Below are positions 35,501 through 46,260 of a stretch of 64,000 nt of DNA, piece by piece (within the stretch, counting starts at the first letter, position 1; every line of letters begins with the position of its first letter). The notes below the pieces were generated by a model. It was not told where the DNA came from. It saw only the letters and a program-made list of their open reading frames with translations, and made no database searches. Origin of the DNA: Scyliorhinus canicula (taxonomy: Eukaryota); NCBI RefSeq assembly GCF_902713615.1, contig NC_052162.1:104187811-104251810 (forward strand), read 5' to 3'. The translations under genes and the position numbers were made by a program.

Positions 35501-38500
35501 CTTCAGAATTGGGGACAGCTTTACACAGCAGAATCGCACTCCCTGAGGACTGAATTATAAGTCACACAAGAAGAATAATTATAGACAAAAACGGCACAAC
35601 AAACAGAGTAAAAATGTACTGACTCACTTTAAATTCCAATTCCCTCAATAGAAACGCCAATGAAATCTGTAAAATTATTATTACGCCAACACCAACACCA
35701 TCGAGAGAACAGCGAGATTTCTTAACACACTGTAACTCCAACTCTCACACCAGAGAGAGAGAGCAATGGGATTTGGTAACAGAATGTAATTCCCACTCTG
35801 ACACATGAGGGAGGACAATGGGAATCGTTAACGCATTGCAACTCCCAAACCAGAGAGAGGGCAATGCGATTTGTAAACGCCCGGTAACTCCCAGTCTCAA
35901 ATCATTGATCGAACAATGTGATGTTTTAACACACTGTAATTCCTACTCCCAAATTATGGAGAGGACGAAGGGATGTGCTAGCACTCTGGCCTTTTAGATT
36001 AGTTAACACACTACAACTCCCACTCCAACGCAATAAAGAGGTCTATGGGATTTCTAACACCTGTGTCAGCCAGTCCCAAACCATATAGAGGACAAATGGA
36101 TTTGTTTACAGACTGCATTGCCCACACCCACTTAATAGGGAGGGCAATGGGATTGTTAACGCACTTTAACTCATACACCACCGCGAGAACAATCTAATTT
36201 GTCAATATACCGTAAATCCCACTCCCACACAATGGAGAAGACAATGTGATTTGTTAACTCACTGAAAATGAAATGAAAATCGCTTATTGTCACGAGCAGG
36301 CTCCAATGAAGTTACTGTGAAAAGCCACAGTACGCCACATTCCGGCGCGGCTGGTATGGGAATCGAACCGTGCAGCTGGCCTGCTTTAAAAGCCTGCGAT
36401 TTAGCTGAGTGAGCTAAACCAGCTGTGCGAAGACGAAGGGACGTGCTAGCACCCTGTATCTCACAGTTCCACACCATAGAGTGGACAAAGGAAATTGTTC
36501 ACAAACTGTAACTTCCAAAACACAACGTGAATTGTTAACACGCTATAACTTCCATTCGCCCAAAATATAGAGTACAAAAGGATTTGGTAACACACAATAA
36601 CTCCAATTGTCACACCATGGAGAGGTGAACGGGATTTGTTAGCAGACATAAACTACCACCCCATACCATAGAGATGAGAATGTGAATTTTTAACATCCTG
36701 TAACAATCATTCCCACATCGTTGAGAGGATAATATTTTTTTTAAAAACATCGTATTTTTACAACTTTCACACTATAGAGAGAGCAATGTGATTTGTTAAC
36801 ACGCTTTAACTCTAACTCCATCGCCATACCAAACACAATGTGAATTGATAGAGCGCTCTAACTGCCACTCCCACATAATAGTGAGGACAATGGGGTTTGT
36901 TATCACACTGAAAATCCCAGTCCCTCACATGGACAACACAATGAGATTTAATAACACATTACGACTCCTCGTGCCACAACTACTGTTGTCTCACATTAAA
37001 CAGGAAAATAAGATTTGTTAACACACTGTAACTACCAGTGTCACAGCTGAGAGAGGATAATGGGGATTGTTAACCCACGTAAACCCACACACGATGCAAA
37101 GGACAATGGGATTTGCGAACAAACTGTAACTGCTACTGTCACACCATAGACTCCGTGGAAGACAATGCGATTTGTTAACCAGGGAGAACCATCTTGCATC
37201 TCTGGAAGTGCATACTTATACAGACAGCAGTAAGGAATATTCTCCATAATGGAATAATATTATCATGGCCTGGGCACTCCGTCAATCATAGAATAACCAA
37301 AAAAAATGCAAATAGTCTTACATCTTCAACCACATAAATGCAGCTGCACACATGAGCACACGAAATCACAGTTATCGACTTTCCTACATTCAGACATTTA
37401 CACGCAAGCACAAGCACAAAATTAAATGCAAAAAATATCGCACCGTGCTGATTCAAGTGAGACAGGAAGACGAACATCAGTTTCTCGCAAATTCATGCAT
37501 ATGCGGACATACATAAAAAAATAATTGACTTACAAATAAGCAGACGCACACCTAGCTCCACATAGCATGAAATGAAATATACAAGCACCATGGACAAAGA
37601 TTTTAACACATTCTCAAAGAACTGGTTTCTTGGACACTCATAAAACAAATCCATTCGCACATGGGCAGATACACGTATATGAACACACAGATTAAATTGG
37701 AACAGAGATATCTACAAGTAAACACAAACATTAACATACAGATACTAGCATAGGGCACACAAATACGAATTCAAACAAACACATCAGGGGAATCAGAAAC
37801 ATAGGTGGAGACATAAATCAGGAACGGACGGGCCCCCAGGAACTTATACTTCATCAAAGAAGCACACATATTAAAACACAACTAAAAAACACACCAGTAT
37901 TTACACAGTCATATTTAATCGACAGGAGAATATGTTTTACGCATATGGATACACACAGGGGTACATGAACATTGAGCTAGATACATGAATACCAATACAG
38001 ATTAATATTTTGGAACATATACATTCAGATACGTAATGGTAGCATCTGGTGAGTGCTGTTGCTTCACAGCGCCAGGATACCATGTTCAATTCTCGTTTTG
38101 GGAAAACTGTGTGGAATGTGCACGTTCTCGCCGTGTCTGCGTGGGTTTTCTCCGGGCGCTCCAGTTTCCTCCCAGAAGTCCCGATAGGCGTGCTTTTTAG
38201 GTGTGTTGGACATTCTGACTTCTCCCTCAGTGTACCCGAACAGGCGCCGTAGTGCGGCGATGAAGGAATTTTCGCAGTAACCTCATTGCATTGTTAATGT
38301 AAGCCGACTTGTGACACTAATAAAGATTATGATTATTAAATACTGCCACAGTTTCCCAGCGCACCATAGGCTGTTCTTCCTTTTAACAGAGAGTTGACTG
38401 ACATCAGGATATCTACCGCGTATTAAGTTGAGCTTTTCTCTACACCTTGCTGTGACTGTAACATTGCATTCTGCAGTCTCGCCTTCCTTCCCTATGTACG

Positions 38501-41500
38501 GTATGCGTTGTTTGTATAGCAAAATAGTCAGAATGAATACGTGGCTTGAGAGATGGCGCAGGAGGGAGGGGTTCAGATTTTTGGGACATTGGAACCGGTT
38601 CTGGGGGCGGTGGGACCATTACAAACCGGATGGTCTACACCTGGGCAGGACAGGAACCAATGTTCTAGGGGGTGCTTTTGCTAACACTGTTGGGGAGGTT
38701 TTAAACTAATGTGGCAGGGGGATGGGAACCAGATTAGGAAGTTAGAGGTCAGTAAAGAAGCAGCAACTAAAGCCAGGAAGGTACGAGATAATAAACTCAA
38801 TGTGACTAAGGGGAAGAGTAGACAGGGAAGAGATGATGAACGCAAAGGTGGTCTGAGGTGCATTTGTTTTAATGCGAGAAGTGTAGCGGGTAAGGCAGAT
38901 GAACTTAGGGCTTGGATCAGTACCTGGGAATATGATGCTATTGGTATTATTGAGACTTGGTTGAGGGAAGGGCAGGACTGGCAACTGAATATCCCAGGGT
39001 ATAGATGCTTCAGGAGGGACAGAGAGGGAGGTAGAATGGGTGGAGGAGTTGCATTGGTCGTCAGAGATGATATCACATCTGTGATTAAGGAGGGCACAAT
39101 GGAGGATTCGTGCACTGAGGCAATATGGGTTGAGCTGAGAAATAGGAAGGGTGCAGTAACATTGTTGGGACTTTACTACAAGCCTCCCAAAAGCGAGCAT
39201 GAAGTAGAGGTACAAATATGCAGAGAGATTATAGAAAAATGTAGGAGCAATAGGGTGGTTGTGATGGGAGATTTTAACTTCCCCAACATTGAATGGGATT
39301 CGTGTAGTGTTGGAGGCGTAGATGGAGCAGAGTTTGTAAGGAGCATCCAGGAGAGTTTTTTTAGAGCAGTATGTAAATAGTCCAACTCGGGAAGGGGCCA
39401 TACTGGACCTCGTATTGGGGAATGATCCCGGCCAGGTGGTTGATGTTTCAGTCGGTGATTACTTTGGGAATGGCGGTCACAATTCCGTAAGTTTTAGAAT
39501 ACTCATGGACAAGGACAAGAGCGGTCCGAAAGGAAGAGTACTAAATTGGGGAGAGGCAGAGTATAACAAAATTCGGCAGGAGCTACGGAATACGGATTGG
39601 GTGCAGCTGTTTAAGGGCAGCACGGTAGCATGGTGGTTACCATAAATGCTTCACAGCTCCAGGGTCCCAGGTTCGGTTCCCGGCTAGGTCACTGTCTGTG
39701 CGGAGTCTGCACGTCCTCCCCGTGTGTGCGTGGGTTTCCTCCGGGTGCTCCGGTTTCCTCCCACAGTCCAAAGATGTGCGGGTTAGGTGGATTGGCCATG
39801 CTAAATTGCCCGTAGTGTCCTAAAAAATTAAGGTTAAGGGGGGGGGGGGTTGTTGGGTTACGGGTATAGGGTAGATACGTGGGTTTGAGTAGGGTGATCA
39901 TTGCTCGGCACAACATCGAGGGCCGAAGGGCCTGTCCTGTGCTGTACTGTTCTATAAAAAAAAGGGTAAATCTACATTTGAAATGTGGAAGTCGTTTAAG
40001 GAAAGGTTGATTAGAGTGCAGGACAGACATGTTCCTGTGAAAATGAAAGATAGAAATGGCAAGATTAGGGAACCATGGATGACGGGTGAAATTGTGAGAC
40101 TAGCTAAGGTGAAAAAGGAAGCATGCATAGGATCGAGGCAACTCAAAACTGATGAAGCTTTGGAGGAATATCGGGAAAGCAGGACGAATCACAAACGCGC
40201 AATAAAGAGGGCTAAAAGGGGTCATGAAATATTTTTGGCTAACAGGGTTAAGGAAAATCCCAAAGCATTTCATTCGTATGTAAGGAGCAAGAGGGTAACT
40301 AGAGAAAGGATTGGCCCACTTAAAGACAAAAGAGGGAATTTATGCGTGGACTCAGAGGAAATGGGTGAGATTCTTAATGAGTACTTTGCATCGGTATTCA
40401 CAAAGGAGAGGGACAAGACGGATGTTGAGGCTAGCGATGGATGTTTAAATACTCTCGGTCAAGTTGTCATACGGAAGGGGGAAGTTTTGGGTATTCTAAA
40501 AGATTAAGGTGGACAAGTCCCCAGGACCGGATGGGATCTATCCCAGGCTACTGAGGGAAGCGAGGGTCGAAATAGCTGGGGCCTTAACAGATATCTTTGC
40601 AGCATTCTTGAGCACGGGTGAGGTCCCGGAGGAATGGAGAATTGCTAATGTTGTCCCTTTGTTTAAGAAGGGTAACAGGGATAATCCAGGGAATTATAGA
40701 CCTGTGACCTTGACGTCAGTGGTAGGCAAACTGTTGGAGAAGGTACTGAGGGATAGGATCTATTCACATCTGGAAGAAAATAGACTTATCAGTGATAGGC
40801 AGCATGGTTTTGTGCAGGGAAAGTCATGTCTTACAAACCTAATAGAATTCTTTGAGGAAGTGGCAAAGTTAATTGATGAGGGAAGGGCTGTAGATGTCGT
40901 ATACATGGACTTTAGTAAGGCGTTTGATAATGTTTCCCATGGCAGGTTGATGGAAAAAGTGAAGTCGTATGGTGTTCAGGGTGTACAAGCTAGATGGATA
41001 AAGAACTGGCTGGGCAACAGGAGACAGAGAGTAGTGGTGGAAGGGAGTGTCTCAAAATTGAGAAGGGTGACTAGTGGTGTTCCACAGGGATCCGTGCTCG
41101 GACCACTGTTGTTTGTGATCTACATAAATGACCTGGAGGAAGGTATAGGTAGTCTGATTACCAAGTTTTCAGATGATACTAAGATTGGTGGAGTTGCAGA
41201 TAGCGAGGAGGACTGTCAGAGAATACAACAAAATATAGATAGATTGGAGAGTTGGGCAGAGAAATGGCAGGTGGAGTTCAATCCAGGCAAATGCGAGGTG
41301 ATGCATTTTGGAAGATCAAATTCAAGAGCGGACTATATGGTCAATGGAAGGGTCTTGGGGAAAATTAATGTGCAGAGAGATCTGTGAGTTCAGGTCCATT
41401 GTACCCTGAAGGTGTCAAAGCAGGTTGATAGAGTGGTCAAGAATGCACACAGCATGCTTGCCTTCATCGGACGGGGTATTGAGTACAAGAGTTGGCAGGT

Positions 41501-44023
41501 CATGTTACAGTTGTATAGGACTTTGGTTCGGCCACATTTGGAATACTGCGTGCAGTTCTGGTCGCCACATTACCAGAAGGATGTTGATGCCTTGGAGAGA
41601 GTGCAGAGGAGGTTAAGCAGGATGTTGCCTGGTATGGAGGGTGCAAGCTGTGAAGAAAGGTTGAGTAGATTAGGATTGTTTTCGTTGGAAAGACGGAGGT
41701 TGAGGGGGGACCTGATTGAGGTCTACAAAATTATGAGAGATATGGACAGGTTGGATAGCAACAAGCTTTTCCCAAGAGTGGGGGCGTCAGTTACAAGGGG
41801 TCACGATTTCAATGTGAGAGGGGGAAAGTTTAAGGGAGATGTGCGTGGAAAGTTTTTTACGCAGAGGGTGGTGGGTGCCTGGAATGCTTTAGCAGAGGAT
41901 GTGGTAGAGGCGGGCACGATAGCATCATTTAAGAAGTATCTAGACAGGTATATGAATGGGCGGGAACAGAGGGAAGTTGACCTTGGAAAATAGGAGACAG
42001 GTTTAGATAAAGGATCTGGATCGGCGCAGGCTGGGAGGGCCGAAGGGCCTGTTCCTGTGCTGTAATTTTCTTTGTTCTTTGTTCATACAAGAGACAATAC
42101 TTTTCACTGTATACTAACACGTGACAATAATGAATCAAATCAAATCAAAATTTAACCTGATGGTCGCCACACCTCAGGCTTGGAGCGACGTGGAAAAGTC
42201 AATGCTTTCACCAGCAAAATCAGCCGGTACCAGAATTGAACTCGCGCTGTTGATCTCACTCCGTATTCTCTAACCATCCGTCCAGCCACCAAAAATCACC
42301 TACCCCCTTATTTAGTTATTAAAGCACAGGAATACAAGTGTACACGCACACAAACATGTACATGTACAGACATTAAGCCTCGGGCATACGCATGGATATG
42401 TAGACACATACATGGACCTAAGCCATACATAGACATCGACGAACAAATACAGTGTTAAGGAAATCAAAAATAAAAGCCAGTGTTTATAAAGTTGAGCACG
42501 TTTGGCAAAATCCGAGGAAGGAGAAAAGATTCGAGTCTGTTGCTATCCGCTGCTGCTGGCAACCGATGAAACAAACAGATTTGTCCTTACAACAAGAGTT
42601 GAATTAATACAACTATTATGTTCTCACTGAGCTTATTTAAACTCTGACATACGTTTAAAGGCTCACAACGTGAACAAAAATACTACCCCTGGATAGATCT
42701 CGATCAGGACTGTTCTCGGCTGGGTGTGCTGTAAGCTTCCAAACCCACTGTCCTGCCTTGCAAATGCTGATCCCAGGGTTATCACTGTTGAATTTCGCAA
42801 GTCACAGTGTTTTAGCTTATAGTTTAGAGTTCATTCAAATAAGCATTTCTGAAGGTCCATGGCTTATTCGTCCTTGCGAGTGCCTTGTTCTCGCTGTATC
42901 AAACCAAAGTGTTATCACCAAACTGTCCAGTTGCAAGCCGTCGTTCTATCTACTCCCATGAACTTTATACTGCAGAGTGGTAATTTTTCACACAGAACAA
43001 TCTGTTGGCCTCTTTTACCACAATGCGTCACGGCACAATGTTAGCCGTGTCTTTCTTACTCAGCAATTACGACCAACTCTTGTGTCGAATGTTTCCTTCT
43101 TCGTTCAGTGATATCATTCACAAACAAAAATAGGAGGGGATTGAAGAAAGTAGCATTGACATGTCACATTTTAAGGGACAAATTGGCAAAAACGTTTTGA
43201 AACAAGTGTTGGTTGTACAAGTAATAAATAAAAGCAAGTTACTGCAGATGCTGGAATCTGAATCTATTTGGTTGTACAAATCCTCAAAAGCAATGCCCTT
43301 ACTTTGATGTGAATGATCTGGGAATGATTTCCACCACAAAGAAACGAAAAAGATTGAAACCCAGGCTCGATCCACTATATTTTGTAGTTCACAAATACAC
43401 AACATTATGAACCTACCCTTAAACTAGTGGTTATAATTCAGCAAAACTCACACGATAGTTCCCCATATATTTGCCAATGATTAATTGGACGACATTTAAA
43501 CCAATTAAATTCAGTACTGTCGCTGATGATGAATTAAATTTCCCAACAAGAGGTAAATTCATATTATTAAAGAAGAACAGCTGTGGATTTAGCAAACAAG
43601 CTGGATTACTGAGTTTAACTCAATTAACATAAGCAGTCATTAGAACAAATTAGCGTAATGATGTCTCACAGAAGATACATAGAAAAAACAATAACATCAA
43701 ATCTTGGGTTTATAGACGACCTAAATACATTCCTCCACTATATTTACATAGGTTCCACAAAGCACATTCGAATTGAAGATTATGAGGATGAGAATGGCAA
43801 CATCCAGACAGCCGCGTCCATATTTACCGTCCTGTTCACCTTGAGCATGTTCTACAGCGCTGCCATCACACTGATCAAGGTGAGAAATATTTAATCCATT
43901 CTCAATTCAATCTGGCCAAAATGTTTTGAAAAATCTGAAATAACGTTTGCAGAGACTGAAAAACGGATCAGACCGCTGAATATTTCCTTTCTTTTTTTAA
44001 TCTATATTTGACAGGTTAACTGA
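17491..44023 (+). CDS. Germline-joined immunoglobulin heavy-chain gene: L-VDJ-Cmu1-Cmu2-Cmu3-Cmu4-TM1-TM2 (595-aa membrane form; 554-aa tailless secreted form)
   Basis: Exon lengths 46+360+294+312+309+330+128+9 = 1788 nt = 596 codons, with no internal stop. All introns are GT-AG, phase 1 except TM1/TM2 (phase 0). Confidence 0.9.
17639..17998 (+). CDS. Pre-joined VDJ exon
   Basis: Acceptor TTACAG at 17637-38. Reads [55 protein letters not shown]. Donor G|GTAAGA at 17999. No heptamer or nonamer between CAR and WGQG. Confidence 0.95.
19400..20550 (+). mobile_element. CR1 LINE, 5'-truncated (RT region), in the J-C intron
   Basis: ORF 19278-20195 contains [27 protein letters not shown] and [11 protein letters not shown], followed by a CR1 tail. 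Confidence 0.9.
20960..21380 (-). mobile_element. CR1 3' fragment
   Basis: Minus-strand ORFs read ..[26 protein letters not shown].. Confidence 0.7.
21710..21929 (-). mobile_element. HE1-type SINE, 3' half
   Basis: Reverse complement of the V-SINE core and tail. Confidence 0.8.
23066..23137 (+). tRNA. tRNA-Glu(TTC)-derived sequence, probably a pseudogene
   Basis: 72 nt: TCCGTGGTGGCCTAGTGGTTAGGATTCGGCGCTTTCACCGCTGCGGCCCGCGTTCGGTTCCCTGTCATGGAA. The anticodon loop is CT-TTC-AC. The T stem has two mismatches, the B box is altered, and there is no T4 terminator immediately downstream. Confidence 0.8.
23305..25640 (+). repeat. Diverged ~1.2-kb tandem duplication (unit A ~23305-24250, unit B ~24481-25640), each with an old SINE
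   Basis: Shared blocks in the same order: GCTGATCATGG..CAGATTTT..GAAACAAATATTT, CAATCTCCTCAT, AATAGA(T/C)GTCTCCTCACCT, GAATCTCTCC..CTCATCT..ATCAACCCTGG. Confidence 0.75.
27139..27432 (+). CDS. IgM constant exon 1 (Cmu1)
   Basis: [52 protein letters not shown] matches recalled shark IgM CH1. Acceptor TACCAG, donor G|GTTAGC. Confidence 0.92.
28224..28535 (+). CDS. IgM constant exon 2 (Cmu2)
   Basis: [52 protein letters not shown]. Acceptor TTCTCTGAAG (28222-23), donor G|GTAAGT. Confidence 0.9.
30417..30775 (+). mobile_element. HE1-type SINE
   Basis: tRNA head with GGTTCGATTCC, V-SINE core and CR1-like tail. Confidence 0.85.
31425..32235 (+). mobile_element. 5'-truncated CR1
   Basis: [34 protein letters not shown], followed by a (TTCTTATG)n tail. 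Very similar to the copy at 11135-11512. Confidence 0.85.
33002..33310 (+). CDS. IgM constant exon 3 (Cmu3)
   Basis: [60 protein letters not shown]. Acceptor TTCACAG (33000-01), donor G|GTAAGC. Confidence 0.9.
33340..34480 (+). mobile_element. CR1 LINE fragment (RT to 3' tail)
   Basis: [30 protein letters not shown] and the CR1 tail. Confidence 0.85.
34817..35160 (+). CDS. IgM constant exon 4 (Cmu4) with an internal donor at 35147 and a truncated secretory terminus (..SSGKWF*)
   Basis: [55 protein letters not shown]. Acceptor TTTTCTGCAG. Donor G|GTAAAT. TAA at 35158-60. Confidence 0.92.
35221..35236 (+). terminator. Tandem AATAAA polyadenylation signals of the secreted-form transcript
   Basis: AATAAA at 35221 and 35231, at the expected position after the tailpiece remnant. 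Confidence 0.7.
35700..37185. repeat. Diverged tandem array, ~27 units of ~51 bp, interrupted by a SINE fragment at ~36262-36425
   Basis: Consensus approximately CAATGGGATTTGTTAACACACTGTAACTCCCACTCCCACACCATAGAGAGGA, recurring at ~50-52-bp spacing (e.g. 36784, 36836, 36888, 36938). Confidence 0.8.
38521..42080 (+). mobile_element. Young, near-full-length CR1 LINE (ORF1 C-terminus, APE endonuclease, RT), inserted into a Rex1-like 3' tail remnant (~38400-42150)
   Basis: ORF1 esterase-like RFLGHW..DGLHL. Endonuclease [21 protein letters not shown] (38709-39380). [16 protein letters not shown] (40509-41387). Few disablements; (TTCTTTG)n tail. Confidence 0.92.
39615..39960 (+). mobile_element. HE1-type SINE inserted in the CR1
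   Basis: Near-identical to 8502-8854. The CR1 frame resumes at ~39963. Confidence 0.9.
43752..43879 (+). CDS. Ig transmembrane exon TM1
   Basis: [43 protein letters not shown]: acidic spacer plus a CART-like FYSAA motif. Acceptor TACATAG, donor AAG|GTGAGA. Confidence 0.9.
44015..44023 (+). CDS. Ig TM2 exon (V-N-stop)
   Basis: Pyrimidine-rich acceptor ..TATTTGACAG|GTT AAC TGA, 135 nt after TM1. AATAAA at 44088-93. Confidence 0.8.
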   Translation, partial: VN

Positions 44024-44842
44024 TTAGTTGCACCTCCGACGACATGGATGTTCCTCATCGTATTTTGCACCTGTGACTTCCGCGAAAAATAAAACTCAAA
44101 ATCAAAAATCCTTCAGTGAACTGGTCCGAAAATCTCCCTGTTAAATTGATAAATAGCATGTGTCTTTCTGTTTTAAATGTGATATATCCCTTCTATAAGG
44201 GAAATGTATTTTAGAGTTTTGCAATTACTTTAACTGCATATTTAAATAAGTAACCTTTCTTATTGCTTGTCGATAATTCTTCCTTTTGTTGACCCTGCTT
44301 CCTGTCTCTGGCCTGTTACAGTGTTATAGACACTGGCAGATCAGGATGCAAATGTTCACGTTTCAAATTGACTCTCAATTGTTTTATTCATTTTGGATTT
44401 TCTTCTCAGTCTTTTAACTTTCTCTGTATAATGTAATCTGATAAATTGTTACAAATCTGGAATTTAAAAATGGGCGAATGTAGACTCTGCTAAATTATAT
44501 CCACCAATGTTCCATTTTTCCGACAAGATATTTTTCAACTTTCCCTAACACGCACTTTTAATCTTTGCCTTCCCGGTTGCATTTGAAATCCAGACCCTTT
44601 GGTAAAGAAGCTGTTGCGCCACCAAGTGTCCTATCAAAGGAAGTTTCGTTCGAGCTCTGCCGGTTTATACAACCCCAGTGCAGAATGACTGCTATGTGAC
44701 TTGCTCTACCTTGCTGACACCCGTATTATTATGAGCTGGAACAATCACATGTCAGATTCCGTTGAGAGATAACAATCAATCTCATTGCCAACTTTCACTC
44801 CCAGAGTCCCTTTACATCTTGATGTTCTACATTTTCTTTTGG

Positions 44843-45183
44843 GGGCAGCACGGTAGCATGGTGGTTAGCATAAATGCTTCACAGCTCCAGGGTCCCAGGT
44901 TCGATTCCCGGCTGGGTCACTGTCTGTGTGGAGTCTGCACGTCCTCCCCGTGTGTGCGTGGGTTTCCTCCGGGTGCTCCGGTTTCCTCCCACAGTCCAAA
45001 GATGTGCGGGTTAGGTGGATTGGCCGTGCTAAATTGCCCGTAAATTGTCCTCAAAAGTAAGGTTAAGGGGGGGTTGTTGGGTTACGGGTATAGGGTGGAT
45101 ACGTGGGTTTGAGTAGGGTGATCATTGCTCGGCACAACATCGAGGGCCGAAGGGCCTGTTCTGTGCTGTACTGTTCTATGTTC
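44843..45183 (+). mobile_element. Full-length HE1-type SINE
   Basis: Near-identical to 8502-8854. Confidence 0.9.
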
Positions 45184-45849
45184 CGTAGTGATTAGACTGG
45201 ACCTGCCTGTTTATACTATTAAACTATAACTTCTCCTCACATGCTGACCTACTGATTTGGTTACCAGTTACCATTGTGCTTCTTGTAGTTTTCCATTTCC
45301 ACCTCCCCTTTTTCTAGATCGGCGTCCTTGTGACCACCCTATTTATCCTTTCCGCTAAAACTCTGGTCCAGATTAGTTCAGACGGAGACTGTCCAAATGG
45401 TAGATATATATCCTGTCCCAATACTGATGCCAGTGTCCAATAAAATGGAATCCCTCCTGACCGCATGATTCCTTTTGCCACGGATTTACTTCCCGAATGT
45501 TTTCATCCCTATTCCAGTATGGGCGTGGCTCGATTAGTAATCCAGAGAATATAACTATTTAGGGGGATATTAAATGTTGTTTAATTTTGTTCTTAGGTCC
45601 TGATTATCTACAAACGTCCCTTTGCGTGGTCTTGCCTATGTTGTTTGTGTCAACGTGGAGCACAACGACTGGATGCTTCCACTCCGACTGCCATATCCTT
45701 TCAGGTCGGTCAGAGATGTACTTCACCCTTGCATCGAGCAGCAAAATACCATGAAGGACTCTCGGTCCTGCTTGCAAAGGTTGCTATCAGTTCCAAAATC
45801 ATAGAATCCCCTACATTTACCACTTGTCCTATTGCTCCCACCGTTTGAA

Positions 45850-46260
45850 TAGCCTCCTGCTCGTGGTGCAGTGACAATCTAGCTCATCGTCCCTACAATC
45901 CTTTTCCTCATGTACACAGGGATCAAGAACCTCGTACCTGACAGACAATATCAAAAGCTTGAGCTGCTCCATTTATGAATTCAGGATCACTGACAGTAAC
46001 AGCCTGTTATCCCTGACCACTGGTCGAATTTGAGGGGCTAAATCTGCGGGTTGTGATCACCTCCTGAATCAAAGCATCCAGTTCATGCTCTTCCTCCAGG
46101 ATATGCCTCAGTCTCTGAAGCTCTGACTCCAGCTCCTCAATTCTGAGCCGAAATTCCTGGAGCAACAAACACTTGCTGCATTTGTGATCGCTGCAGCTCG
46201 CATTGGGATCTTCCAGCGCCCACATCATGCAGCTATATCACATCGCCTGCCCAGCTATCT
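45850..46260 (-). mobile_element. CR1 ORF1 N-terminal remnant
   Basis: C..MWALED..DHKCSKCLLLQEFRLRIEELESEL (zinc finger plus coiled coil), typical of CR1 ORF1. Confidence 0.6.

Noticed and set aside
35700-37185. Tandem array as a CRISPR array or a class-switch region
   Set aside because: The DNA is eukaryotic, the units are diverged with no repeat-spacer structure, AGCT motifs are scarce, and it is in the wrong intron for a switch region.
17491-44023. Orthologue of nurse shark IgM1gj, IgNAR or NAR-TCR
   Set aside because: It has four Cmu exons plus TM, a conventional VH with full FR2/CDR2, a CH1 with the putative light-chain Cys, and a WGQG (Ig) rather than FGxG (TCR) J motif.
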